Assembly (NCBI GenBank): GCA_964016885.1 | Contig: OZ024744.1 | Location: 13,950,001-14,014,000 of the forward strand | DNA from: Eledone cirrhosa | Taxonomy: Eukaryota | Length of the DNA: 64,000 nt | Reading direction: 5' to 3' | Shown: positions 43,801 through 55,985 of the stretch, one piece after another | Position numbering within the stretch: position 1 is the first letter of the stretch | How the letters are laid out: the number at the start of each line of letters is the position of its first letter | Position numbers and translations under genes: made by a program | Notes under the pieces: generated by a model | Seen by the model: only the letters and a program-made list of their open reading frames with translations | Database searches by the model: none | Told to the model about the DNA's origin: nothing

Positions 43801-45770
43801 AATTCCTGTCGTTTATTTAATAGGATATCCTTAGATTTCATTATTTCAAATAGTTCTTGGGAACATAATCTACATTCATTTCTATTATTTTGATAAGGGG
43901 TGGCTCTTTTGAGCACACTCCAGGTCATATCATATTCTATATTCTTATTTTTATAACTATTGATTTTTTCTGCTAGAGATGTTGTATTAGCCAGTGCGGC
44001 ATTTTTAAAACTATGTTTGTGGGTATTAAACCTTGCCTTAAAATTGTTAGAAGTAGCTCCTATATATGAACAAATAGAATCTTTAGTTTTAACATTACAT
44101 TTATAAACTATGTTGTTAACAAGACAATTTCCTTTTAATGGGCAGTTTGCTTTGTTTCTACAGTTACAACCTTTCGTTAATTCTGTATTTGAGGAGATAT
44201 TATGGTTAGTTTGATGTATTGGTGGTATACTTATGGTATTCTTACATTTATATGCATTATAGGCACTTATATTTTGTTTTATGTTATTTGTTGTTGAGTA
44301 TGAGAATTTAACTGTAGACCTATTTAAGATTTGATGGTATTTGTGGTTTGGCGGGAAGTTTTTCTCCAGGATATAAAAAAAATTTTTTAGCAATATTATC
44401 CTTAATTTGTAAATTAAATGGAGCATTATACCAAGTAACCCGTCTATTACGGTTTCTATGTTGTTTATTATTTTTATAGGTTGTATCGTGATGTTTACTA
44501 GGAGGATTAATGTTAATGATCTCACCACGCACATTTTTAGTTAGATTTGTAGATTTAGGTGTTTTATCTTGTTTATTAGGAGTTTTATTATTAACATTTA
44601 TTAGAGTTGTATGATGAGTAGTTTTTTGAGAGTTACTATACTTTATATTAGAAGAGTTGTTGGTATTTTGGGGTATAGTGTGGGTGGCATTTAGGTGTGT
44701 ACTTTTCATTTGGTGTTTGTTGGTAATATTAGGTTGTATGTTTATAGTATTTTTAGTAGAAGGTATATATTCTAATCTATTTTTGTGGCCACTTCTATCT
44801 AGAGCTTCATTATAAAAGGTCGCATTTTTATCAAATATATCTTGGTTAGAAGAAAGGTTAGAAATTCTAAGTGATATATTATATGCAAGGTTTTTAAGGA
44901 TAGATTTAGGGTGATTAGATTGTGAGTGTATGTAGTGTAAGTTTTGGTTGGGTTTATGGTAAGGTTGGTAGATACCCGTAGCTAAGTCTAAAGTTATATC
45001 TAGGAAATTTACTACTTTACTTGTTTTTTCAAAAGTAATATGAAGACCATAATAGTCTTTAAGGAAAGTTCTAATATGCTTTTTGTTTTTTTCTATTTCT
45101 GAAATGCTAAGGTTGTTGGAAAGAAGAAGACAGTCATCACGATATAAACCACCTTTAAGGTGGGGAAAGGAGGCATTTATGTTGAAAAGGAGAAAGAGGC
45201 CCACAAGATCAGTAATTTGGGCGGAATCGCTTGAACCCATAGTAATATCGAATAGATTAGTATATGTGTTTCTGGTCCAGTATTCATTCTGAAATTCAAT
45301 AAGTGTTAGTCTAGCATGTGTAATAATATTAATGTCATCCAAAGTTAAGTTAGATCTATTTTTAGCAAATATCAAAGCTTTGTTCAGGAGTATAGGTGAT
45401 ATAGAAGAATAGTAATTATCTATATCAAATTGTAGAAATGAAGCAGAAGATTTACATCTAATATTTTTAAACCAGTTAATTACCTGGGAAGTGTTTTCCC
45501 AGAGTGGTAAAATAACGTGTTTTCTTATTTGTGGGATGACTCTATCCAAAATTCTTTTGCTAATTATTCCAATATCAGATTTGGAGGGACATATAAGTCT
45601 TATAGAAGGATTTGAGTTAAAGTTTGATTTATGATCCTTCAGGTTGAAGTGTGGTCTTTTCAATGCCAAAGGTTCAGTTCTATCTTCAATGTTTAGTTTT
45701 TTTACTATGTTGTGTGATTTGTTGTTGATGTTGGTGAGTGACGCATTATTAGATTTTTTATAATTTTTCC
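43743..45770 (-). pseudogene. Penelope-like reverse transcriptase / GIY-YIG endonuclease ORF, 5'-truncated, one frameshift
   Basis: RT motifs FLQFDIDNYYSSI, FDITMGSSDSAQITDLVG, GLYRDDCL, VNFLDITLDL. Frameshift in the A/T homopolymers at ~44375-44388. Then CNCRNKANCPLKGNCL, IVYKC...SYIGAT..FKARFNTH, CRLCSQE, LLNKRQE..SCNH. Confidence 0.95.
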
Positions 45771-46012
45771 TATATATATGTATGTGTGTTGTGAATGTAT
45801 GTATATATATATATATATATATATGCATGCGTGTATGTGTGTATATATATATATATGTCTGTATGTGTGTATATGTCTATGTATTTATGTGTATATGTAT
45901 GTGTCTCTATATGTATGTGTGTGTGTATGTGTATGCGTATTTATATGGTGTGTGTATGTATATGTATGTGTATGTATGTGTTTATGTATATGTCTATGTA
46001 TGTGTATGTATA

Positions 46013-46059
<47 letters not shown>

Positions 46060-46074
46060 TTTATATTTTACTTG

Positions 46075-46164
<90 letters not shown>

Positions 46165-46744
46165 CTTGATATATTTCTTTTTTATTTTTATTTTATTTTT
46201 ATTTCTAAATTTATAGATACATTTATAAATAGGCAGCTTGCTGACACCGCTAAATACTGACCTCCCCCCCCCCACCTACTTTCTGTATCTGGATCTAAAT
46301 ATGTGTGGCAGTGTTTATGTGCGCGCATTAATGTCCATATGCTTATGATAATAGTATATACACACATATATATGTGCGTGGGGGTGTGTGTGTGTATGTA
46401 TGTTCGTGGTTGTGTGTATGTTTATGCGTATACGCGCGTGTGTGTGTGAATGTACGTATATGTGTGAGTATATAAAAATGTGTGTGTATATTTGTTTTTA
46501 TACGTATTTTATCTGTAGATTATAAACATACAGAGACATTAGCCTTGAATTTTTGTATTTACATACATCTTTTTGGCATGCGTATGCATGTGAACATACA
46601 TCTTTATGCATATCTGTGAACGAAGTTAATTACATATATACACACACTTAACTGTATAAACTTTTTGTATTTTCATTGGTCAATTTGAATTCTGTTCCCA
46701 AACAGACCTGTAATTTTGAATTGTGTTATTATCAATAAATATAT

Positions 46745-46898
46745 TTCATTATTTCTGAAGACGGCATATATATGTGTTGGTATGTATATTTAATTTTGAT
46801 AGTTTGTATAATTTTGTATAATTTTGTACATAGATCTGTTGAATATGCATGCCAATTCTAACACATATATATCCTAGAAACGATCGTTAAATAATGAA
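46745..46898 (+). ncRNA. Hammerhead ribozyme, inverted-pLTR copy of element B
   Basis: Reverse complement of 40167-40320, same 154-nt length, core intact. Confidence 0.8.
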
Positions 46899-46958
46899 CT
46901 TTTTTTGTTTAATATAAGGAACTGTTTCATTGTTTTATTCATTATTTTTTTAATATTT

Positions 46959-46989
<31 letters not shown>

Positions 46990-47120
46990 ACTCGGGCGAG
47001 AGCTAAATTCGTTTTGTGCTGTTTTTGCAAATTTTTGCAATAGCTACACATGCTGAATTCATTGGCTAAAATAGGGGTTTCCTCTCCTTAGAACCTCACA
47101 TGTACTTTCATAACCTGTGA

Positions 47121-47165
47121 GATTCTGTCGCACGAAGAGCAAAATGCTCTTCGTGCGCCAGAATC
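47121..47165. other. Strong hairpin/palindrome with 21-bp arms
   Basis: GATTCTG T CGCACGAAGAGCA AAA TGCTCTTCGTGCG C CAGAATC; one mismatch, 3-nt loop. Confidence 0.85.
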
Positions 47166-47608
47166 GATCATTATACCAAAAGCTTATATTTATAAGCAGG
47201 CAGTATTATTGATTTATGTGTTGCAGAAACCCAAATATCGGAGTAGTCCATCTTCCCCGAGGGTCTGGTAACTATTTCAATCATATCTTATTTTGTTTGC
47301 CCGTTTAGCTTGTTCGCTTTTTTGGCTAAGGTGGTTAATGGCTTCTTAACCATCGTATCAGTTTGTATGACCATTTTAACTTATGTTTATAGCTCTGGTA
47401 TCTTCATATCCATTGAGCGCTTGTCAGCACAATACAGAAGTTGCGTTTCGCCAAATTCTACCCGCCGAAATGCGATTCTCGCTAAATTTATATATATATA
47501 TATATATGTGTGAATGAAGTAATTCCGTCGGAAAAGTCCAGGAAAAAAGAGTGCTCTATGTAGGTAACAGAGCTTAATAGTTATGTAATAAACAACACAA
47601 GGCAATTA

Positions 47609-47668
47609 TTCCATTTACCAGTGGTTTCTTAAAAGCAAAAGATTTTGCTTTCAATCCTCAGAATGAAA
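47609..47668 (-). ncRNA. Type I hammerhead ribozyme, canonical core, GUA site
   Basis: Minus strand: TTTCATT-CTGAGGA-TTGAAAGCAAAA TC TTTTGCTTTTAA-GAAA-CC ACT GG-TA-AATGGAA. Confidence 0.85.
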
Positions 47669-47826
47669 AAAATCCTGGTCTGTTTATTGAATTTGGATTT
47701 TTAAAAAAAAATGCAATCTATATGAAAGTGAGGCTGGAGAAGGAAGAAGGAAAGGAAAAATAAAATAAAACTACACATGCAAACACACACACAAAAACAC
47801 GCACACTCACACACAAAAGCATACAT

Positions 47827-47869
<43 letters not shown>

Positions 47870-48056
47870 TATATATATACATATACTTACACACACACAT
47901 ATATGTGTATATAAATACACACAAACATATAAATACACATATATACATACGCACATAAATATCAACACATCCATACATACACATACATATATACAACCAC
48001 ACACATATATATACACACATACATACATAGAAACATAAATATAAATACATATACAT

Positions 48057-48154
<98 letters not shown>

Positions 48155-48725
48155 ATGTGTACAAGCATACACATACACAAACATAGCCATACACACATAC
48201 ATATACATACATACATGCACACAATCATACATATATACACACGTACATACATACACATACATAAATGCACTCCTCTACATATTCACACACGCAAATAAAT
48301 ATAATAAAAAAACAATATATATATATATATAACAACATTTTTGACAGCGATACAAACGGCAGGTAACTGGATAGACACGCGTGGTAAGTAATACACACAA
48401 ATGCACGTATACATACGTACGAAATAGTAAATACATACACACACTCTCACACATAAATATACATATACAAATACATAAACACATACATACACATACACAA
48501 ATACATGTACAAACACGCACACGCACACGTATACAATTATACACACACATATACACACACATATGTATATGTAATTATATACACATACATATATATATAT
48601 ACATAAATATAAAAATACACACACACACATATATGTATACATACACACACACATATACATACATAGCTATACAATTATACACATACAAATACGTACATAT
48701 CATAAACACGCACAACCAAATAAAA

Positions 48726-48756
<31 letters not shown>

Positions 48757-48887
48757 AATACATACACATACATACACATATACATGTGTGTGTGTGTAAA
48801 ACTCAGTATTAGATAATTCATATGAACCTTACATATACATATATATAGTAGTAAAGTAATAAAGTAATAAGCAAAATAAGGCAATTA

Positions 48888-48948
48888 TTCCATTCACCAG
48901 TGGTTTCTTAAAAGCAAAAATATTTTTCCTTCAATCTTCAGAATGAAA
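48888..48948 (-). ncRNA. Hammerhead ribozyme paralog with GUG site (predicted non-cleaving)
   Basis: Minus strand: TTTCATT-CTGAAGA-TTGAAGGAAAAATATTTTTGCTTTTAA-GAAA-CC ACT GG-TG-AATGGAA. Confidence 0.75.
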
Positions 48949-48989
48949 AAAACCTGGTCTATCTACATATACATACATATACACACACA

Positions 48990-49091
<102 letters not shown>

Positions 49092-49661
49092 CATATATAT
49101 ATATATACACACAAATATACATACACATACACATAGGTATGTGAAGGGCAAGGCAAAAAGAATATATGGGGGGGGGGGGGGGCATAGGAAAAGGTGAAAT
49201 ATAAGGGGAGGTAAGGGAGAAAAATATATATATACAAGAGTACAGAACGTAGATTCAGCAAAATAAAAACCGTAGCAGAAGTAAAGAGCAGGAAAGGAGT
49301 TCAAGGCGGTTGATTTATCATAGGAGTGTCAATCCAGTTACAGATCAGATGCGATTTCAGATGAGGACAGCATCTGAAGATCTCAGTCTTTGAGTTAAGG
49401 CAAGCGGAAGTGGCTCTCAAGTTTTACAAAATCCTATATTTTTCTGTGGTACACAAAGAACAATTCTTTGTGCCCCTTTGGTACTCCCTCGAATGGTCTA
49501 ATATAGACCAATCAATAGAGAACGGGATGTTACTATCCTTGAGTTCCCACACCTTACTTGCGAGGGCCGTTGATGTTCGTTTATCGGAGTGCTTAAAAGA
49601 AGCGACATGTGAGTAAAATCTGGTTTTAAACCTGTCCTGGGTCATACCGACATATCGCTCA

Positions 49662-49712
<51 letters not shown>

Positions 49713-49714
<2 letters not shown>

Positions 49715-50062
49715 TAGCTGAGATACCCAGTTTCGCCAAGGTTAACAAATAATTGTTTCTACTTTTGGCACAAGGCCAGCAATTAACTAGTGCATTAGTG
49801 GTACTTTATTTTATCGACCCCATAAGGATGAAAGGCAAAGTTAACCTCGGTGGGATTTGAACTCAGAATGGCAAGGGCCGTAACTCTATGCGTCAAAGCA
49901 TGGCGTCCGACCCTCTACCGATACTGCCAATCCGCCAAGGTTAACAAATAATAAGAGAAGACCGGCAGAAGAGAAAACGTCTGTATTGAATGCATTGTCT
50001 TGTTTACAGTGTGTGTGTATTGTGTGTGTTGTGTGTGTGCGTGTGTTGTGTGTGTGTTTGTG

Positions 50063-50094
<32 letters not shown>

Positions 50095-50101
50095 AGTGTT
50101 C

Positions 50102-50148
<47 letters not shown>

Positions 50149-50168
50149 CCTGTGTGAATGTTCGTGTA

Positions 50169-50238
<70 letters not shown>

Positions 50239-51075
50239 CCACCGTTGGAAACGGAGACCTAGGCCGCGAAACACGATCATCACTGACAACGAACTCGAGA
50301 GAGAATCCCTTATGATTGATTCTCAGCCTGCTAGAAATAGCAGTCAGGTTGGTATGTCTTTCTCCTTCTTTGGTGTTATAAAATTAGTATAAATAAACTT
50401 TCCTGGATATACTCTTATCCCAATCCTGTACATACTTTCCGATTGTCATTTTTCGTTTTTTTCGTGTGATACGCGAAGGAACCAACCAACAAACATCTCT
50501 TTTATATCTCTTTTATTTGTTCATTCAAAATATTTTTCAGCTAATTCTGTCGTACAATATACATCAGCAATCGTTATCTAATGTTTAAAACATATGAATA
50601 GCTGCGATATATGCACCATATCAATCAAAAACGATGTGAGAATTGAATACCATACTAAAGCGCCAGTAAGCTTGCTAAGAACCTGCAGATAGAAATGTTA
50701 ACAAATACAACATTTGGCTTGGGTAAACTTTAAGATGTTCTATCATTGTAGGTTTCCTTTCTCCTTCTCTCCTTCCTCTCCTCTTCATCCTACATACAAT
50801 TGACCATGGTTTTCCCAGATGAAGGCCAGTCAGTTTTAGGGTTTGACCCTGAGCTTTGTTGATGGTAATCGCGAAGCTTAGTCTCTCTGTTGCTCTAGTA
50901 ACATTTTTTCTTCTGGAAAATCTGATCTTGCGGCCAGGCTGGGACTTTTTGGGTGGCATATCGGCAGTAACAATGACGATAAGCCGTATGTGCTTTCGTG
51001 AAATAAATACGTTGGTTTATATTTTGTTTTTGTGTATGCAAAAATATCTGTACACGAATATATAATTATATATAT
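49713..51075 (-). mobile_element. Non-autonomous Helitron-derived sequence with Pif1-like helicase remnant
   Basis: LSFAITINKAQGQTLKLTGLHL at ~50810-50885 is a C-terminal motif of Pif1/Helitron helicases. A candidate 3' end ...CCTTGGCGAAACTGGGTATCTCAGCTAG|T lies at 49713-49742. Whether the whole span is one element is uncertain. Confidence 0.55.
49754..49932 (+). mobile_element. SINE copy with target-site duplication
   Basis: Same family as 37830. Flanked by the direct repeat CGCCAAGGTTAACAAATAAT at 49734-49753 and 49933-49952. Confidence 0.85.
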
Positions 51076-51124
51076 ATATATATATATCAAAATAAAGATC
51101 CGAATGCATGGTATAAATTTCCAA

Positions 51125-51214
51125 TCATTTTAATCACGACACATGTTTCAATAAGAGATAGATCGATCGTGTGGTCATGATCGATTATCACTGATCTCAT
51201 CAGGTGAATAATGA
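51125..51214 (-). ncRNA. Type I hammerhead ribozyme, canonical core, GUC site, long stem II
   Basis: Minus strand: TCATTATTCAC-CTGATGA-GATCAGTGATAATCGATC ATGACCACAC GATCGATCTATCTCTTATT-GAAA-C ATGT G-TC-GTGATTAAAATGA. Confidence 0.85.
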
Positions 51215-52318
51215 ATTGTCTTCAAATCTTTGATATGAGGGAGGAAAAACTAACGATGTTCACTCACTAGAGTTGTGTTGCCTATATGAAGATTCAGCAG
51301 CCAAAACACGCCGACTGCCACCGTCTCTAGTCAGGGTCATAAATCTACCAAGTCTCTATCTCTCAATAGCTGTAAAAGACGTTGGACAGGTCTAATCTCA
51401 ACATCAAATCTGTAGAATTTCGGTCGGTCACAATTAGTGTGAGTGAGTACACACACCGACGCGAGGTCAGAGAAAAAATATATATACCAACATAGTTTAC
51501 ACCGAAAGTTAGGTTACGAAACAACAAATATTGGTCAAATCTTAATTTTAACGATGTAAATTAGAAAGAATTGGGTCAACTACAACCCTATACACACGCA
51601 AGTAAATTCCGTTCAACGTTCTGCTATACGTGCATCGATTGAATTTGTGGTAAAATGATTGTATCCTAGTTGGATTGTTTATCGACATAGACGTGAGGGA
51701 AGGTCCCTCGTCTATTTACCATTTTTGTAAGTGAGAATTATAACAAAGTGAGTGGCGTGTGTGCGTAAACAAGACAATAACCACAACGAGAGTTATATTC
51801 AACAAATGTAAATAATGGTAATGTTTATTTTGTTTATATGTGTTTATTATATTACAAATGAAACATACCAAATATAGACGCGGTCAGTTGTGGTGAAAGG
51901 AGCGTATTACAATTACAAAGGTATTGTGGGGTTTGCTGTTTGCTGTTCCCTTGGCTGTTTATCGTTTCGTGGTACAGAGGCTGTTTTCTGTGGCGTGTGT
52001 TTAGTCTGCTTTCCGGTGGCTGTCTCTGTTTACCTCTGGTGTTCTCAACCAGGGGGAGACAACTAGGGTTGTTCTATTATCCGACAGGGGACGTGAGGTG
52101 TCTTACTACAGTATCTCCTGCCAGATTTTCAAATCATCGAAAATCGATGTTATTACTCACACGTGGAGTAAGATGGCGAACAATGCAACAAGGGGGAGCT
52201 ATTCGCTCTACCAATCATTAAATCCAAAATAAGGATTTGAAAAATGTTAAAAAAACAACATGCGTGAAAAACAAAGCAAAGAAAAAAGCAGAAACGCAGA
52301 GGCAAAAAAAAGGTGCAG

Positions 52319-53935
52319 CTAACATAGTCTAAATATAGACGGTGCTGCAAACGTTTTGGGCCAGTGGACCCTACGACCTGAACGGGTCGTGGTCTTGTAA
52401 CGTGGCGATGGTGGTGGTGTAGGGACAGGCGATGATGGTGGTTCAGGAACAGGCGTTCGCTCAACAGGCAAATACGAAGGGGTTCGTGGATCAGGAACCA
52501 CAGCGTCCGTATCAAGGTGCGCCTGCTTAAGCCTGTCTATTGTAACTGTCTCCCTGGACCCTTTAATATCTAAAGTGAAATGCTTAGCCGAGCGCGCTAA
52601 GACACGGTAAGGTCCAGTGTAAGGCTGTGTGAGCTGGGGCTTCACAGAATCTTTCCTTACAAAGACATGCGTCCACGAGGCAACATCCCTCGGGACAGCA
52701 GTCTTGACAGTTTGTTTCCTAGTGTCCATTGGCGGCAAATCCTGGAAATATGAGCGCAAACGGGACACGTAGGAAGCGTGATCTTGGGCATCAAGATCGA
52801 TAGGGGCAAGCATTTGCCCGGGCAACGTCAGAGGGGCACCGTACAGTACTTCGGCCGGTGAAAATCCAAAGTCGAACCTCACCGTTGACCGAATCCCTAA
52901 TAGCACAATAAGGAGGTACTCGCTCCAATGCGCCGAGTCCATTGAGGCCATTAAGGAGGCCTTCAGTTGTCGGTGAAAATGCTCCACCATACCATTCGAA
53001 GCGGGATGGTACGCCGAGGTTCTAATGCGTTTAGCACCAATTAATTTTGACAGTTCGAGGAAAAGGCTCGACTCGAACTGTCGTCCACGGTCGGTAGTTA
53101 TTGTGGATGGAAATCCATAACGAGAGATCCATCCAGACACAAGAGCACGCGCTGTTGTCTCAGCTGTGATGTTTTTCAAGGGGATGGCTTCAGGCCATCT
53201 CGAAAAACGGTCAATTATGGTCAGCAGATAAGAATAACCATCGCTGACAAGCCAAGGTCCCACTATATCAATATGAATGTGCGAAAAACGCGCATCTGGG
53301 TTAGTAAAGGTACCCGATTTCTGGCAAGCGACGCAGGAACGGCACCAAGCAGCAATTTCACGCCTCATATTTGGCCAGAAAAATCTAGCTGATATGAGCT
53401 TTGCTGTGACAGAAGATCCTGGATGCGAGAAACCATGTAATGCCAGAAACACGGTCCGACGATGATTCTCTGGAACGAAGGGCCTAGGCACGTCCAAAGA
53501 GACGTCGCAGAGAATTTGGCTAACTGCAGTCGACAGAGGCAAGTATTTCATCTCGCAAGTCGCAAACTCGGGCGATGTAACATCCAATGACTCAAGGGGA
53601 GGCTGATCCGCAGCCAAACGAGTCAGATCTATGTCAGAGGGTGACGAGATAGCTGTCACGGGTAAGCGGGACAAAGCATCGGCCGCTGTATTTAGTGAAC
53701 CCGGAATGTGTTGGATATCACTCGTATATTGCGAGATGAAATCAAGGTGTCTCGTCTCTCTGGGCGAGTATTTATCAGCCTTCGCTCTCAACGCAAAAGT
53801 CAATGGTTTATGGTCAGTGAGGATAGTAAATAGTCTACCCTCTAGCATATGTGAAAAATGTTTCACGGCTAAATAGATGGCCAAAAGCTCTCTTCCAAAG
53901 GTGCTGTAGCGCGTCTCAGCAGGTTTCAGCTTTCT
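52319..53935 (-). pseudogene. Gypsy RNase H - integrase (frameshifted from RT)
   Basis: [32 protein letters not shown] zinc finger (H..SHPG...CVAC), [36 protein letters not shown]. Confidence 0.95.
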
Positions 53936-55520
53936 GGAAAAAAAACTCCAGCGGTTGCTGGTAACCATTGATGTTTTGCTGTAGCACTGCGCCCACAGCG
54001 ATATCCGATACATCAACACAAAGCGTTAGCTTTGCACCGGGTAGCGGGTGAGCCAGTAACGAAGTATTAGCCAAAGCAGTTTTGGCGTGCTGAAAATCAG
54101 CAAGTTGAGTGTCTGTCAAAGAAATGTCTTTGTTCTTCCTCCGACAATTTTTTTTAATTTCTGTCAGGGAGAAAAGCAATCTTGCACAATTTGGCACGAA
54201 ACGCTTATAAAAGTTAATCAGACCTAAGAACTGGCGTAACTGACGTAGTGAGGTCGGTGGAGGCAAATCCTCTATGACCTTAACTCGCTCTAGCCGGGGT
54301 CGAATACCGTCAGCATCGATGACGTGACCCAAGAAAGTCAGTGACTCAGCACCAAAAACACATTTGGGTGCATTAATCTGCACGCTATACGCCTTCAATC
54401 GGCGGAAAAGAAGATTCAAATGGTGCGTATGTTGCTCTTGAGAAGAACTAGCAATGAGCTGGTCGTCAATATAGGTATAGACGAAATCGAGGCCACGAGT
54501 AACCTCATCCATAAACCGCTGAAACGTACTAGCGGCATTCCTTAATCCGAACGGCATGGTCAAAAACTCAAATGACCCAAATGGCGTAACTATAGCCGTT
54601 TTTGGAATGTCCTTTTTATGGACAGGAATTTGATGGTACGCACGAATTAAATCCAGTTTGGAGAATATCTTGCATCCCTGCAACGAAGACGCAAAGTCTT
54701 GCAGATGAGGGATAGGATAACGGTCCGGTTCCGTTATCGAATTTAGGCGTCGATAATCTCCAGTAGGTCTCCAATCGCCAGTCGCTTTCGGTACCATGTG
54801 AAATGGGGACGCCCACGGGCTCGTGGACGGACGAATAATCCCCAACTGCAGCATATGATCAAACTCTGATCGTGCTGCTTTGAGTTTGTCCGGAGGCAAG
54901 CGACGAGGACGAGAAAAAACGGGAGCACCAGTTGTAGATATGAAGTGCTCCGTGGTATAAGTTGGCTCATCAACTCGAAAATTTCCCTGAGTCAGTTGCG
55001 GGAACGAGTTCAACAACGCATGGTAAGTATCACCGGTGTTAGCAAGAAAAAAGGTCGGGCTAACCGTTGGAAATCCTGCTGCCTTGCCAACCACAGTTAA
55101 ACCAGTGATGCCATCAATTAGGCGTTTACGACAGAGGTCCACCGTCAATGAAAAATGGTGGAGAAAATCCGCGCCTAGAATCGGATACGGCAAGGCAGCG
55201 ACAGTAAATATCCATTTAAATTCACGCCGCAGATTAGCACAAGGAGGCCTACAACGGGCGGCTTTGTCACCATATTTGTCATGGTAATAACAATATGGTG
55301 GTTTTGGTGTTTTGGAAAGGCTACGATGGCGAGGAGTTGAATAAGTTCGTGAGCGGCTCCTCTGCCGTCCAAAAGACCTGAATTCCTGGCACAACTCCGC
55401 CATTTGACGAGTCATGGCTTCCATTGTGGTGACTAATTTCTCATCACTCGCTGATGAACGCGATTGAGGAAGAGAAGAGGAAGCAACGTACTTTGGCTTC
55501 GAAGTGTCTCTCTTCGTCAC
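53916..55520 (-). pseudogene. Gypsy gag C-terminus fused to partial protease and RT
   Basis: [18 protein letters not shown] (C-X2-H-X9-C-X3-C), then ILGADFL with no DTG motif, then [35 protein letters not shown]. Frameshift at the A run ~53938-53945. Confidence 0.95.
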
Positions 55521-55522
55521 TT

Positions 55523-55985
55523 CTACAATTTTGTCAGCAGAGACAGCATGTGGTCGAGGGTATTTACCTCTAGCATATGGGCTAGGATCGCCTGTACCTC
55601 TTGAGGTAGGCGAGAGAAGAACAATTGCTTCAGGAAAGGGCTATCCTGATCTTGGGAATCGCTCAATTCCCGCAAATGCCGGAGAAAAGCGGTAGGGGTC
55701 CTGTCACCTAATCGTTCGTCCTCGATCAATGACCGAAAACGACTCTCTACCGACTTACAGTTCCTTCTCAAGATCTCGCCTTTTAAAGACTCATACGTTA
55801 AGTCAGAGGGGGGGGGGGTCTATAATTGGGTATTGGACCGAATCTGCTAGATTAGGGGGAAGTCCGCTAATCAAGACAGCGAGGTGCTGGTCAGACTCGG
55901 TCTTACAGACCGTAAAATACGCCTGTAACTGGGCAAACCACAGCTTAGGTTTTCCGGTAAAGGCGGGAAAATGTGGCGCATTCAT
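55523..55985 (-). pseudogene. Gypsy gag N-terminal part, frameshifted
   Basis: MNAPHFPAFTGKPKLWFAQLQAYF... and LIEDERLGDRTPTAFLRHLREL...[11 protein letters not shown] lie in different frames; G run at ~55807-55818. Confidence 0.85.

Noticed and set aside
44370-44390. Programmed ribosomal frameshift between RT and endonuclease
   Set aside because: Penelope-like elements normally have a single ORF. The shift lies in A/T homopolymers, so mutation or sequencing error is the simpler explanation.
46982-47490. MITE with terminal inverted repeats
   Set aside because: Similarity between the ends (GCGAGA...TTCG) is too weak to call by eye.
53277-55695. Plus-strand and alternate-frame ORFs over the Gypsy pol gene
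   Set aside because: These are shadow ORFs of a real coding region and show no recognisable motifs.
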